A DNA stretch of 56,827 nt from Mizuhopecten yessoensis (taxonomy: Eukaryota), in the NCBI RefSeq assembly GCF_002113885.1, contig NW_018408109.1, positions 1,329,396 to 1,386,222 of the forward strand, read 5' to 3'. This document shows positions 14,601-25,395 of the stretch, one piece after another. The notes under the pieces are model-generated. The model saw only the letters and a list, made by a program, of their open reading frames with translations, was not told the DNA's origin and made no database searches. The translations under genes and the position numbers were made by a program. Within the stretch, counting starts at the first letter, position 1. The number at the start of each line of letters is the position of its first letter.

Positions 14601-17600
14601 GCCTACCAGGTCACATATGTGATTCTTAATTACAGTTAAGCTGGCCTCATCAAACCGGATTATAAAGGTAACATTACAGGCGTTGTACACAGAAATGTAC
14701 AAATTAACTGACGTTCACCTCAAAGGTTTGAATATACATGTATATAAAGTTCATTAAGAAATTTCAGGGGTGAATGAGTAAATCAATTATAATGCATATA
14801 TAAATATATATCAGACCTACTTGTATCACCTGTACTTGATCAATGTTTAATGAAAAGCTCAATTACTCAAACCTGAGAAGCCAATTAAGTGGCCAATTTA
14901 TTTATTTGTTTATTGTATATGGGGCCAATATTGTCACATTAAAATAGAGGTTTTTAAAAATAGGATCGCTGTTTAGGAGTCCAGTCCCAATACAGATAAA
15001 ACACTGGTCTCATCCCTGAAGACACATTTGAACTATTCCAATTCAATGGTTGGAATAGGTCATTATGAAATTTCAGGGGTGAATGAGTTAAGAGTCCATC
15101 CAGGGGGAAACCAAAAAAGTGGTCCTTTATCACAAATGGCCTCTTAATACAGGTTTAATTTACAAAGAAATCACTACAATGGGGGATATGAAAGGTGGTC
15201 TCTTAATACAGGTGGTCTCTTAACACAGGTGGTCTCTTATTAGACACAATAGCAATTTTTTCGTATCTACAGTAACCTCCACTTTGTTTTGTTTTAAGTA
15301 CATGTACAACTGTAATGCACTATATCAGTGCACTTTCATTAACCAGGAAATCCACCTATAGTTAGATTGGCAGTATAACAATTTGAGGCCCTGTGTTTGA
15401 ATCCTGCACTGGTCCTGCTGAATTTTTATACTAAGAACTCTGTTGGAGATTTATATTCTAATTTTTTATATTTTTTTTGTCATACAATCCTGACAGGTAT
15501 AGTTACTTTTCAGAAGTGATTTATTGATGCCATGTATAGTCACACTGGAAAATAACAGTTTCCGATGTATACATGTAGTTCACATAGTTATACAGTTTTT
15601 GGCAGTGGTACGGGGATCCTTAAAGAAAATAACAGTTTCTGTTGTATAGTTATACAGTTTTTGGCAGTGGCACGGGGATCCTTAAAGAACAGTTTCTGTT
15701 GTAAGTTATACAGGTTTTGCAGTGGTACGGGGATCCTTAAAGTAACTGTAATGCACTTAACAGTATCAATATCCAAGGACTCCTTGTCTATTGAGTGGAA
15801 TTCACTTTCAGATTTCAAACATTTTATTTCACTCATGATCAGCCACACATTTGTAACATATCTGACGATAGACCATGTACTGTGGATCTTTAACTCATCG
15901 ACCCCTGGAGACACATTTTAGCTCTTCCACTTCAAAGGTTGGAATGGTTCATTATAAAATTTCAGGGGTGAATGTCAGAGTTAAAAGGTCTAGTCTAGTG
16001 ATAAGCGTTATATTGCTGTATGTCGTCCTTATAGATATGGCCAGTTGGCCACATACCTCCTACAAAGGTTATTTTCAGGGAGATAACAAAAGGAATTTAA
16101 TCAAAAGCATCTTAAAAATTGTCCATGCCATAAATTGAAATTTTATATGATGTGTACACTTTGAACTTTCAGGAGTATTCCCTTTAAAAGATCCATTAGA
16201 CTACCTGTACCTGTTCAGTGTTGGACTGTAAACTGAACTTAATTAAATCCAACAAAAGTTTAAATATAACAGTTTAGAAATGGAGTCCATGGCTTAATAT
16301 TAAGAATTAGGGAAAAAATGCATCTACAAACCAAATTGTGAATTTTCAGAATTATAGCAATTTTGTAATGATAATGATACATCATTATTCATGAAAAAAT
16401 ATTTCATCTCTACATTGCTGTTACATTGCCATCTGAATGCAAGTTGAGAAATACAAAACAAAACCATTTTTGTTTTGAGATTGGGAAATTTTAAAGAGAT
16501 GCTTGGAAATAATAGCAACATTTTCCATTGGAGAAGCTCTGTATCTGATCAATTCTCAAGCCAATGATGATGTCAAATTTCAGCTCCAACATTTCTATCA
16601 CTCCAGAAAAAGCCCTACATCTGATCAATTCTCAACCGAACCACGATGTTTTGATTTCTATTTGTCTATAACCTCTCATCCAGCTCTAACTGACAAAAAT
16701 TCCAGGAAAAAATGGAAATATTCAGGTTTAAATAATAAGACTATATCATAATGCCAGGAAATAATGCAGGGTTGACACCAAAAACACTGGGTCCGTCGTC
16801 GAATGCCTTGAAACAAACATATATTCATTTGGGCCTAAATAGTATAGCAAAAAATACATCACTTTTGAAAACTGTTTTACCTGTAATTAATGTATCTAGG
16901 TGAAATAAAACAACTTACCTGATCTGCATATTTAGATCCAGTGGGTTCCAAATAGCCATCGCTATTTTCTTTGAACTCATCGTGGGACCAGTAGGAGAAG
17001 TCAAAAGCAAAAGGTCTGGGATCAGTGGACATGTTTTCCGGATCCTGGATCGTCGTCGTCTTCCCCGACATACCAATGATAACTTTGGCATTTCTGGCAA
17101 TCTCTCTTGAGTTGTATGTATAGTCAAGGAACAAACATCGGAAGGAGGGTGGAGGTTAAAATTTATAATGTCAAAAAATGTTGTGTAAAAATACACTTTT
17201 ATAATTATTTTTTAATGTATATTTAATAATAAATCTTTTTAAAAATACAATCTATACAAATTAATCATGCAAAATTCTTGTTCTGCAGTTTTCGCATAAA
17301 TCCATCCACTTTTCTTTTACTTATGCTGCCTATAATTCTTTTAAATAAATTATAAAAGATCTTAACAAATTATGCATACATTTATTTATATATTGCAGAC
17401 AGACTGGGCGAACTTATGACCAGTGACAGGTAACTGTTGGTTAGAGTGTCGGTCTGAAGTTCGGAGGTCCTGGGGTGGACTCCTGATCAAACCAATTGCA
17501 TTTTTTCTCCTTTTACAAATATATCAACACCCACATGTGCTTCTTAATTCATTTCAAATCATTGCATCCGACAAACCGTGTAGGTCCATGGAAATTAATC

Positions 17601-19367
17601 CCACTGCATGTTTAATATCATATGAGGTGATTTATGTGCAGTGGCCGTCGGGGCCCCTACATAATAATTAGATTGGTCCGGGTGATGCAGTGGCTAGCGC
17701 ACTCGCCTTTCACCAAAGGCGGCCAGGGTTCCTTTCCCTGATTGGACGTGAAAAGGTATATGGGCTGGGTCACCTGCCCGCCCACGTGGGTTTTCTTTGG
17801 GTACTCTGGTTTCCTCCCACAGTAAGACCCCAATAAGGCCAACAAGAGTGATTGATATAAGTTAAAATAATTTGTTTCATAGTTGTTGTAGATTAAATAA
17901 AGTTTATATATTTAATTTGATTAATAAGAGGATAGGTTGGGGGGATGGGGGTATTTGTCTTCGGAAAGGGGCAATTACAATATGAATATTTGGGATATAT
18001 ATTCTCTCTCTCCCCTACTCTTTATTTTCGTTGGTGTCTCTCTCCCTAGGCACCCATCTTCGTTTTACCTTATCAAACCAAATATAAACAATCAAACAGA
18101 CAAAACAATGCATAAGTCAGAAAAAGGAAAAAGAGGGGGGAAAAGTAGCTATATTTGTGTTAAGCAACATTCAAAGTTCACCTTAATGAATATGTGAAGA
18201 AATTGGATGGTCAGTGGCACAGTGCATTGGCACACTTGCCTTTTACCAAGGAAACTTGGTTGATTATAAGGCACATCGGTTGATGTTAAGAGTGTCCTTC
18301 CAGAGTTATCAAGGTACAGGTTCAAATCCTGGTCTGGTCATAACATTTTCCATATATATACATGTACATGTATTTACTTTCTTCCGAACTAAATTGCCCA
18401 CATAAGGTAATATAGGGTATTGCGTGCCTTTTGGAAAGAAATCATTGTTAAGGATCTTCTGCACATGTAGATCGAGGGAGCTGGAATATATACAAGGATA
18501 ATCCTGGAGGGGGCTACGGGGCCATAGACCCCTCCATGTTCTAATTTTCTTCAAATTTTACATAGAATGGCCCCTCCTAATTTTGTTATTGACTAAAAAT
18601 TGCTGAAAATTGTCCATTTCTCTCAAATTCCAGGATTTTCCCCGATATATATATATGCATTCTTTGTATATATGTGACAGAACCTGACAGAGACTAGTCA
18701 TTAGCGATGCAGGTTCATAACTGTAGCTTAGTTGGTCAGAGCTTCCGTATTGACTTAAATTACATTCTCCATAAATATACATCACATGTTTGATGCATTG
18801 TCAAAATAAAACGCTCTGACCCTCGTATACATTTTGATAGCTCGCTTGCATGGGTAGGATCTCCTTAATTTATCAACTTGTTGGTCTGCACAAAAGTAAA
18901 ATTGAAGTCAGGAAGTTTTGGGCTATACAAATGAAATTAGGAACATATATATCTATTTGTAAATAGGCATATACTTATACTGAAAATAAACATGTACATG
19001 TAGGTCTGTAAAATACATTAAAATCTCAAGAGCTAATAATTTAAATGAAACTCAATACTAAAAACCATTACTTGCGCTGTTGTTTACATAAACAATTAGT
19101 GGCATGCGAGGTAAGTGTATGTATATGTATGATTGTGTAGCACGCGCCACTATTGACAATGACAGCTTAGCGTACCTAGATACGAACGAGTATCGTGTCA
19201 TGACTGGCCATGACACTTGTTTATACGCCGTAAAATACCTTGTCGGAGTAAACACAGCCTCTGAATCTCCTTTTTGTATCCAACTGACAAACGACACATC
19301 ATGTTAACGGGCAACAAAAGGATATGAAGGGGCGAACCCGCACCGCTACTTTCACACTTTCAGCCAT
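11664..19367 (-). CDS. KIF28: Kinesin-3 family motor, KIF28-like, coding exons 1-3 (gene continues beyond the left edge)
   Basis: Exon 1 19367-19326 MAESVKVAVRVRPF; exon 2 17113-16919 NSREIARNAKVIIGMSGKTTTIQDP...FAFDFSYWSHD...YADQ; exon 3 11879-11664 [37 protein letters not shown] (P-loop). All junctions are phase 0. The FDFSYWSHD motif is kinesin-3; KIF28 subfamily is from recalled similarity. Confidence 0.93.
12065..12358. mobile_element. MITE family A copy with a nested 83-bp TTAA element
   Basis: Shares GGAAATTATTGC...TTTCGCCCTT and AAAATTTCC..TATAC ends with copies at 35145-35325 and 48521-48742. Confidence 0.7.
12158..12240. mobile_element. 83-bp piggyBac-like mini-MITE with TTAA TSD
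   Basis: TTAA-CTCATTCACCCCTGAA...TTCAGGGGTGAATGAG-TTAA; related copies at about 13760-13845, 14750-14780 (partial), 15010-15091, 15890-15984 and 32155-32242. Confidence 0.85.
12450..12862. mobile_element. Non-autonomous element with paired inverted repeats (Crypton-like architecture)
   Basis: CATATGAAATTTATG...CATAAATTTCATATG palindrome followed by TTATCACATAAT...ATTATGTGATAA inverted pair. Family assignment is inference. Confidence 0.5.
15588..15745. repeat. Degenerate tandem repeat, about 63 bp x3
   Basis: GTTATACAGTTTTTGGCAGTGGTACGGGGATCCTTAAAG repeated three times; related motif at about 34105. Confidence 0.85.
17114..19325 (-). other. U12-type (minor spliceosome) AT-AC intron, 2212 bp
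   Basis: 5' splice site ATATCCTTTT (19325 downward); branch site TTCCTTGAC (17131-17123); terminal AC at 17115-17114. Removal gives the conserved VRVRPF|NSRE in frame. Confidence 0.93.
17675..17905 (+). mobile_element. tRNA-derived SINE with V-domain core
   Basis: tRNA-like head GGTGATGCAGTGG..., core GTGGGTTTTCT..GGGTACTCTGGTTTCCTCCCACA, tail AATAAAGTTTA; paralogous to 29405-29630. Confidence 0.85.
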
Positions 19368-19597
19368 TTTTCACGTTCTTCTATTAATTGGCTGTTTCTT
19401 TAACCTCCCTTTTCAAACGGTAAGCGAAAATAATATCGACAGTCTCAATGTCATGACATTTTTTCGTGAAAATAATCACAATATTTTAAAATGAATTTAT
19501 GAATGTTTCAGCCTGCTGATATTACTTTTTATATGTTAAACACAAACGAAATCATACATGAGGGAGAAAGCCAGTAATATAGAAGAGCACATTAGTT

Positions 19598-19664
19598 ACT
19601 TCCGTAAACAAAAGATCGACAACTGTGTTAACTTCCGATCTTAATAAAGCGCGGGAATTTTGAA
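19598..19664. promoter_or_regulatory. Candidate KIF28-like promoter motifs: two ETS-like cores and a CDE/CHR (E2F/DREAM-type) element
   Basis: ACTTCCG at about 19598 and 19631; AGCGCGGGAATTTTGAA at 19648-19664 (CGCGG, 4-nt spacer, TTTGAA), about 280 bp upstream of the ATG. Confidence 0.45.
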
Positions 19665-19747
19665 TGCAGTCAATCCTTTGATCAATCCGCCGCGCAGGAG
19701 TGACTTTTTTTTATACCAATTAAAAAATATAAATTCCAAAACTTTCA

Positions 19748-19815
19748 AAGACAATGAAGCACCCTTCTAAGATAATGAAGCACCCTTCTAAGATAATGAA
19801 GCACCCTTCTAAGAC
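19748..19815. repeat. 21-bp triplication in the intergenic promoter region
   Basis: AATGAAGCACCCTTCTAAGA(T/C) x3. Confidence 0.9.
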
Positions 19816-20754
19816 ACTTCATCAGGTGACTTATAACCAACGTTTACATGACAGATTGGCGTGTATATTCTTTTCATTAGAATTGTTTTTAATATACATA
19901 ATTTATTATTTGTAAGGGTGTTGCCCTTGTTCAATAAAAGAAAGCAAACAGTTAAATTATAATTGATATTTATGACAAAATAAATTAATATTTAATTGCC
20001 AAAATGATCGCCTAAACTACATGTACAAATAAAGTTCAAACTCCAGTTCTTTATTTTTTTACAGACATAAAATATAAATACTCTACGTTATGAAATATAA
20101 CTCGGAAACTCAGAAAACTATTCTACGCCTCACTCGATCTGTTTGTCAATGGAAATAATGTCCGATAAATTCTTGCTTTTCTACACTCGGCAGTGCTTGA
20201 AACAGTTTACTGTTACACCTTCAAAAAAACAAATCTTCGCCTCGCTTCGCTCGGCAGTGAAAGTATAATTGTCCCACTCTTACAAAGAAAGAAGTTCTAG
20301 ATTTTTGTTGGCAGAAATTAGTATACATGAAGAACCGCCATTATAATTCTAATATATTAGTACCAGATCAGTGCAAAAATCTGTCTTTTTCTGAGTTTAA
20401 AATGTTTGGCAACACGTAATATTAATTCCTGGGTATAAAATGACATAACTGAAAGTTATCTCTTGCACTTGAAGTATAAATAAACAACGTTCTGGGCAAC
20501 GGGGTCTGACTTTTAGTCTGTTATTCATGTAGAAAGCTTGTCCTAACAAAATTGCTCACTGTCGCTATAGTGTCATTATAAAACCGAGTTTGACACCTTA
20601 ATCATGTAAGAGAATCGTTCATTATCACACTAGTCCTGGGTTCGATTCACAGAAGAAGTTTTTGTAGCAAACAGTGTTTTTACAGTTTCCGACACCCATA
20701 CAGTGAAAAGACAATTGCATAACGTAACTATATGGACAAAATAGAGAAGTCATT

Positions 20755-20792
20755 TGTGACGTCACATACTAGTTGCCTAGCTGCTTAGCAAC
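20755..20792 (+). promoter_or_regulatory. Candidate promoter: CRE palindrome plus RFX X-box-like site
   Basis: TGTGACGTCACA (core 20757-20764) then GTTGCCTAG-CTGCTTAG-CAAC, 70-105 bp upstream of ATG 20862. Confidence 0.4.
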
Positions 20793-20861
20793 CGTCAAAG
20801 GCGGAGATGATCAGTCTCTCCCCTCGTGTTTACGTTTTATATTAAGTCTTAGATTACCATA

Positions 20862-22431
20862 ATGACTATCAGGTCATTCTTGCTATTTGTGGTATTGTTA
20901 AGCGCAATGCTGCAAGGTCCTGCTCAATACCTGGACCTTACATGGTAAAACGTTTGGCCTACACTTTACATATTACATGTACATATGTTTGGCGTTATTT
21001 CTAAATAACGTGTACAAGTTAAATCAAATGTCTCTATCCAATGTTTGCAAATGTTTAATAATAACTTTGTGGTTTTCTTTTAAGCGTGGAGCCGGAACCT
21101 GGATATGGCCGAAGAGTGTTTCATTATTTCACCGCAACTGAAATTGAGAAAGTATGTCCTACTTCTGCCGATCTGACATGGGTAAGGACTCATATATTAG
21201 TATAATTGTCTGTTCCTTTACACAGTTGAAGATTTTAACTTAATATTTAGTACCGTGTTATAATAAAATAAACTTTGCTGCACATAACACATGTGGGCCT
21301 CAAATCCCATATGTATTTCTTCCACTGGAGATGGATTTACATAAGTTGTAAAACTTGTTTCCAAATCCATTTTCAATAATAGTGTACTGTTTTCCATCAT
21401 ACCGTAAATGAAGAAAGAAAAAAAAAAGAAATACAATTAACCCTAACCCTAACTTTCTTGAATTGACGAATGTGGATCATCAGCTGTTTTAATTAAGTAC
21501 AAAACCCTGGAAATAATCATACTTTAATATATTTCAGCGAATTGGAAAGGAGATATTCTGCACTCTTCTCTGTGTGCTTCTGATGCTTTTGTTGGACTAT
21601 GTGCCGTCGATTGCAAATGGCGCCAAAGTAAGATGGCCAGCCATGGTTTCATTAGTCCGCGAATGGATCAATCGTAAGTAACATAGAGCTCGAGGATTGC
21701 AAAACTGTATGATGTTACAGTATCGGATTTCTGTATGGAATAAGAACTTCATTCATTTCAGCTATTTGTTTTTTTATTTTAGTGTTAAACACATCATCAT
21801 CTTAAAACAGTATCAAGGCACGTGAAAACAAAAGATGCTCCTCCCCGTTATTGAATATCCAATACATTCGGTACAATTTTAATATATGAGCTTTTGAGCT
21901 TTCCTTTTGGATGAACTAAGGAATCGGACGTTGTTTTCGTGATACCGTTTTCTAAATCACTTAAACAGGTCCTGCCCCGTCGTAAAATACATATTTGTGC
22001 TTGGTAAGATCAGTTCCCCTTTTGTAATATACATATGTGTGCTTGAACAGGTCCTGCCCTCTGTCGTTGCATACCTATTGGTGCTTGAACAGTCCAACCC
22101 ATGTTGTAACATACGTGTACATTTTTGTGCTTATACAGGTCCTTCCCGCTGTCGTCACTGCGGTACTGCCCCATGTCAGGTCAAATGGAAATGCTTATGG
22201 AAGACCAAAGGATTTCGTAAGAGGGACAGCGCCAATTTTGTGGAGCGGTCAAAGGCCATGATGGTATTCAACTATGGACTATCGATATCAGTGGAACTGA
22301 CTAAAGAGCTGCCACTGGATGACCTGTTCTTGGAGAGGTGGTTCTGCCAGCGATTTGAGGAGGAGCACATGGTGTTGTTCCCACAGTGTATCCAGCGCCA
22401 TATCAACTACTGGTACCCCGTCCCTCGCTAG
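20862..22431 (+). CDS. Uncharacterised signal-peptide, single-pass membrane protein with Cys-rich C-terminal domain (about 200 aa)
   Basis: Exons 20862-20944, 21085-21181, 21538-21673 and 22139-22431 join by GT-AG introns with matching phases (2,0,1): MTIRSFLLFVVLLSAMLQG... IFCTLLCVLLMLLL (TM) ...CRHCGTAPC...FPQCIQRHINYWYPVPR*. Confidence 0.75.
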
Positions 22432-22691
22432 GTAGGTAGTTTGTTCGTAAGTTTCTTAAAGCCTATTGTCTCCTGAAAAATAACACGTTTGGAAAGATAT
22501 CGGGGATTAAAGGAGCAATGCATTTTATCAGAATATGTAAACTGTTCTCTTTTTGGTATTGTTTCGAACATGTAACAATTTTGACCGGTACATCTTCACC
22601 AGTGGAAAAAAATGTCTTATCTAATAAAAGTTAAATAATGACTTCAAAATGATTGAAATGTTGCAAAATAATTCGTTAATTTTCTTTTCAG

Positions 22692-22770
22692 ATTCATGGC
22701 ACCAATCATCAGGAAGAACATCGATGAGATGAAAGTCGATTATGGAATGGACAGTGTTGACTTTGTGTGA
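22692..22770 (+). other. Probable exon 5 of the uncharacterised gene; coding-like but behind an in-frame stop
   Basis: Strong acceptor TTTCTTTTCAG; phase-2 reading FMAPIIRKNIDEMKVDYGMDSVDFV*; exon 4 ends TAG|GTAGGT. Confidence 0.55.
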
Positions 22771-23314
22771 TAAAGTCTTATCGGTTTCACTGATTCGATG
22801 TACATGTATATAATGAAATATTAACTGCTAGTAGTCATATACATGTAGATGGAGTCAATGCTGGCTGTATTTAACTTGTCAGTTATTACTATGTAGAATT
22901 TTTAACTGTTTTAATGGTCAATTATTTACAGAGCCTATGCTGGTCAAATTTACCAATTTATAACCTAGTTTACCCTGCATTGGCCAGTACTGGTCCGATG
23001 TTTTTGTTCTGGACAGTTCATATATGGGTCAATATAGTAAGTCTGTGTACTATTATTGCTACACTGTATACAAAAGTTTGGCTATTTTTGTAATGGACAG
23101 TTGTGTGTTTGGAGATTTTATTTGTGATAAAAAAAAACACGAGAGAAATTAAATATATTATTTATTATTTTCATGTCCTATCGTTTTGCTAATCCTCGAC
23201 TCATCTTACGTTGTAGACTTAGGTCAGAAACTCTTACAGCGATATAACACAGGCAATGGGAATGGTCTTATTCGACACACATGGCGCAATAAGGTCTGAT
23301 GAGCCTGTCTGATC

Positions 23315-23995
23315 CGACACCCTGTGGGACAACACGTTTGTCAGATTAACTTGTCTAAAACGACACACTGTGGGACACATCATGTTTGTCAGATTAACCT
23401 GGCTAAAACGACACACTGTGGGACACAACATGTTTGTCAGATTAACCTGTCTAAAACGACACACTGTGGGACACAACACGTTTGTCAGGTTAACCTGTCT
23501 AAAACGACACACTGTGGTACACAACACTTTTGTCAGATTAACCTGTCTAAAACGACACACTGTGGGAAACATAACGTTTGTCACATTAGCCTGTCTAAAA
23601 CCACACACTGTGGGACACAACACTTTTGTCAGATTAACCTCTCTAAAACGACACACTGTGGGACACAACACGTTTGTCGGATTAACTTGTCTAAAACGAC
23701 ACACTCTGGGACCCAACACGTTTGTCAGATTAACCTGTCTAAAACGACACACTATGGGACACAACACGTTTGTCAGATTAACCTGTCTAAAACGACCCAC
23801 TCTGGGACACAACATGTTTGTCAGATTAACCTGTCTAAAACGACACACTGTGGGACACATCATGTTTGTCAGATTAACCTGTCTAAAACGACCCACTCTG
23901 GGACACAACATGTTTGTCAGATTAACCTGTCTAAAACGACCCACTCTGGGACACAACATGTTTGTCAGATTAACCTGTCTAAAACGACACACTGC
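23315..23995. repeat. Minisatellite, 48-bp unit, about 14 copies
   Basis: ACACACTGTGGGACACAACACGTTTGTCAGATTAACCTGTCTAAAACG tandem; produces 16-aa periodic ORFs in three frames. Confidence 0.97.
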
Positions 23996-24904
23996 GGCTG
24001 TAATATTAGTTTAGTTTTATTCTCTCTCTCGTGCATTAAATAATTAAAAAGACGAGGAGAAAATGTTATGAATAATTAAATCGATAGCACAGTTTGTTAT
24101 GTTTGCAAAACGAAATATTTCCTCTTTCACCCTTATAAATAAAACAAAATTCCTACAGGAAAACTGTATTTACAGATACAAAACGAGGACGGGGTTTTGA
24201 CAACGAAACAACAAAACACACTGATGAGACTTATCAAGAACATGACACTCGTATCGCACGTGGAAACGGATTGAGCATGAGAACGGTTTCATAAATACGG
24301 GCCTTGGAACAGCTTAACGTCAACAAATTGTTTGCTTCTAGTGGTTGTCTCATGCTATTCGAGGCGGAAGGAGAAGCTTCGGAATGACGCTAATCCAATT
24401 TTATTCATAGCGCTATGAACGCAATTTCTTATGGTAATGCTCATAGAGGTACTTGCAGTGGAAACTTAACATGTAGCCGTGCCAAGGTCAACAGGACGGT
24501 GTAGTGAGTGTCCGTTTATTGTGTACCAGACCTCTGCAGCCTGGTTTGGTCAAAACTGATTTAAACTGTCGGTGTATCACCAATATACACAAATTGCACT
24601 AACGCGCACCATAGAATATGTTCGTTGCCAACTGCGTTCATACTACCGTATACGCCGTCAAAATGCAGTCAATTCTTAAGTAAACTGTATAACTGTGATC
24701 TGAAACGATTTTTTTGCACTTGGCCGCCTCTGAAACGATGAAAATTGCGTCCGCTTCACAATAACGTGACGTCACATTGATTGTTCCTTTTCGATTGTGA
24801 CGTCATTTCCGTAGTGATACTACACACGTTACATAAACATAATTTATCATATGAATACCGGTACCGTGTAATGCATTGTCATAAAGCCATCAAATAAATA
24901 ATGT

Positions 24905-25216
24905 TTATGTAACGGTATAACGAATATCATTCGACATCCGATACCGAAAGCTTAGTTGTATGCACAAGCCGTAAATATCCATTATGTAACTTGGTAAACA
25001 AATTTCATACTCCGATTTATAGTCAAAAGCAACAGTAAGTGAAACCAGAAAAGCACAAATCCAATTAGAAATCTGAAATGATATCACCTTACGTGTGGCT
25101 ACGTACGCAATATAAAACATTTCATAATAGAGGCATACACAACGGTCAACTGCCATGCATACTATTATCAGCATAGCTGCAATGTTTGATCCAAAAGGAA
25201 GTGCCATTTGACACCG
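24905..25216 (-). pseudogene. Decayed class A (rhodopsin-like) GPCR fragment, TM3-TM4-ECL2
   Basis: RCQMALPFGSNIAAMLIIVCMAVDRC (TM3 Cys and DRY-like motif), NWICAFLVSL (TM4 Trp), EICLP (ECL2 Cys); stop at 24905 and a SINE immediately upstream. Confidence 0.65.
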
Positions 25217-25217
25217 G

Positions 25218-25395
25218 GCTCGTGACTGAAGGGTTACGGGTTCGAGTCACGGCACGGTACTGTGTTGTATCTTTGAGCAAAATACTTAACTCTACTCAGC
25301 TGTAAATGAGTACATGGTTGGGCAGTACTTGAATTGTCGAATGCTAGCTGTAAGCGCCGAAATGGCAGCACCGTCTGTATGGCTGGTTGCAAAGC
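25218..25395 (+). mobile_element. tRNA-derived SINE with CORE-like domain
   Basis: B-box GGTTCGAGTC followed by TGTATCTTTGAGCAAAATACTTAACTC...CTGTAAATGAGTAC. Confidence 0.65.

Noticed and set aside
23234-24043. Three long ORFs (214-252 aa) as real genes
   Set aside because: They arise from a stop-free 48-bp tandem repeat, overlap on both strands and have no unique domain.
24215-24245. Hammerhead ribozyme core (CTGATGAG), also at about 23297
   Set aside because: No stem II followed by GAAA and no closing stems.
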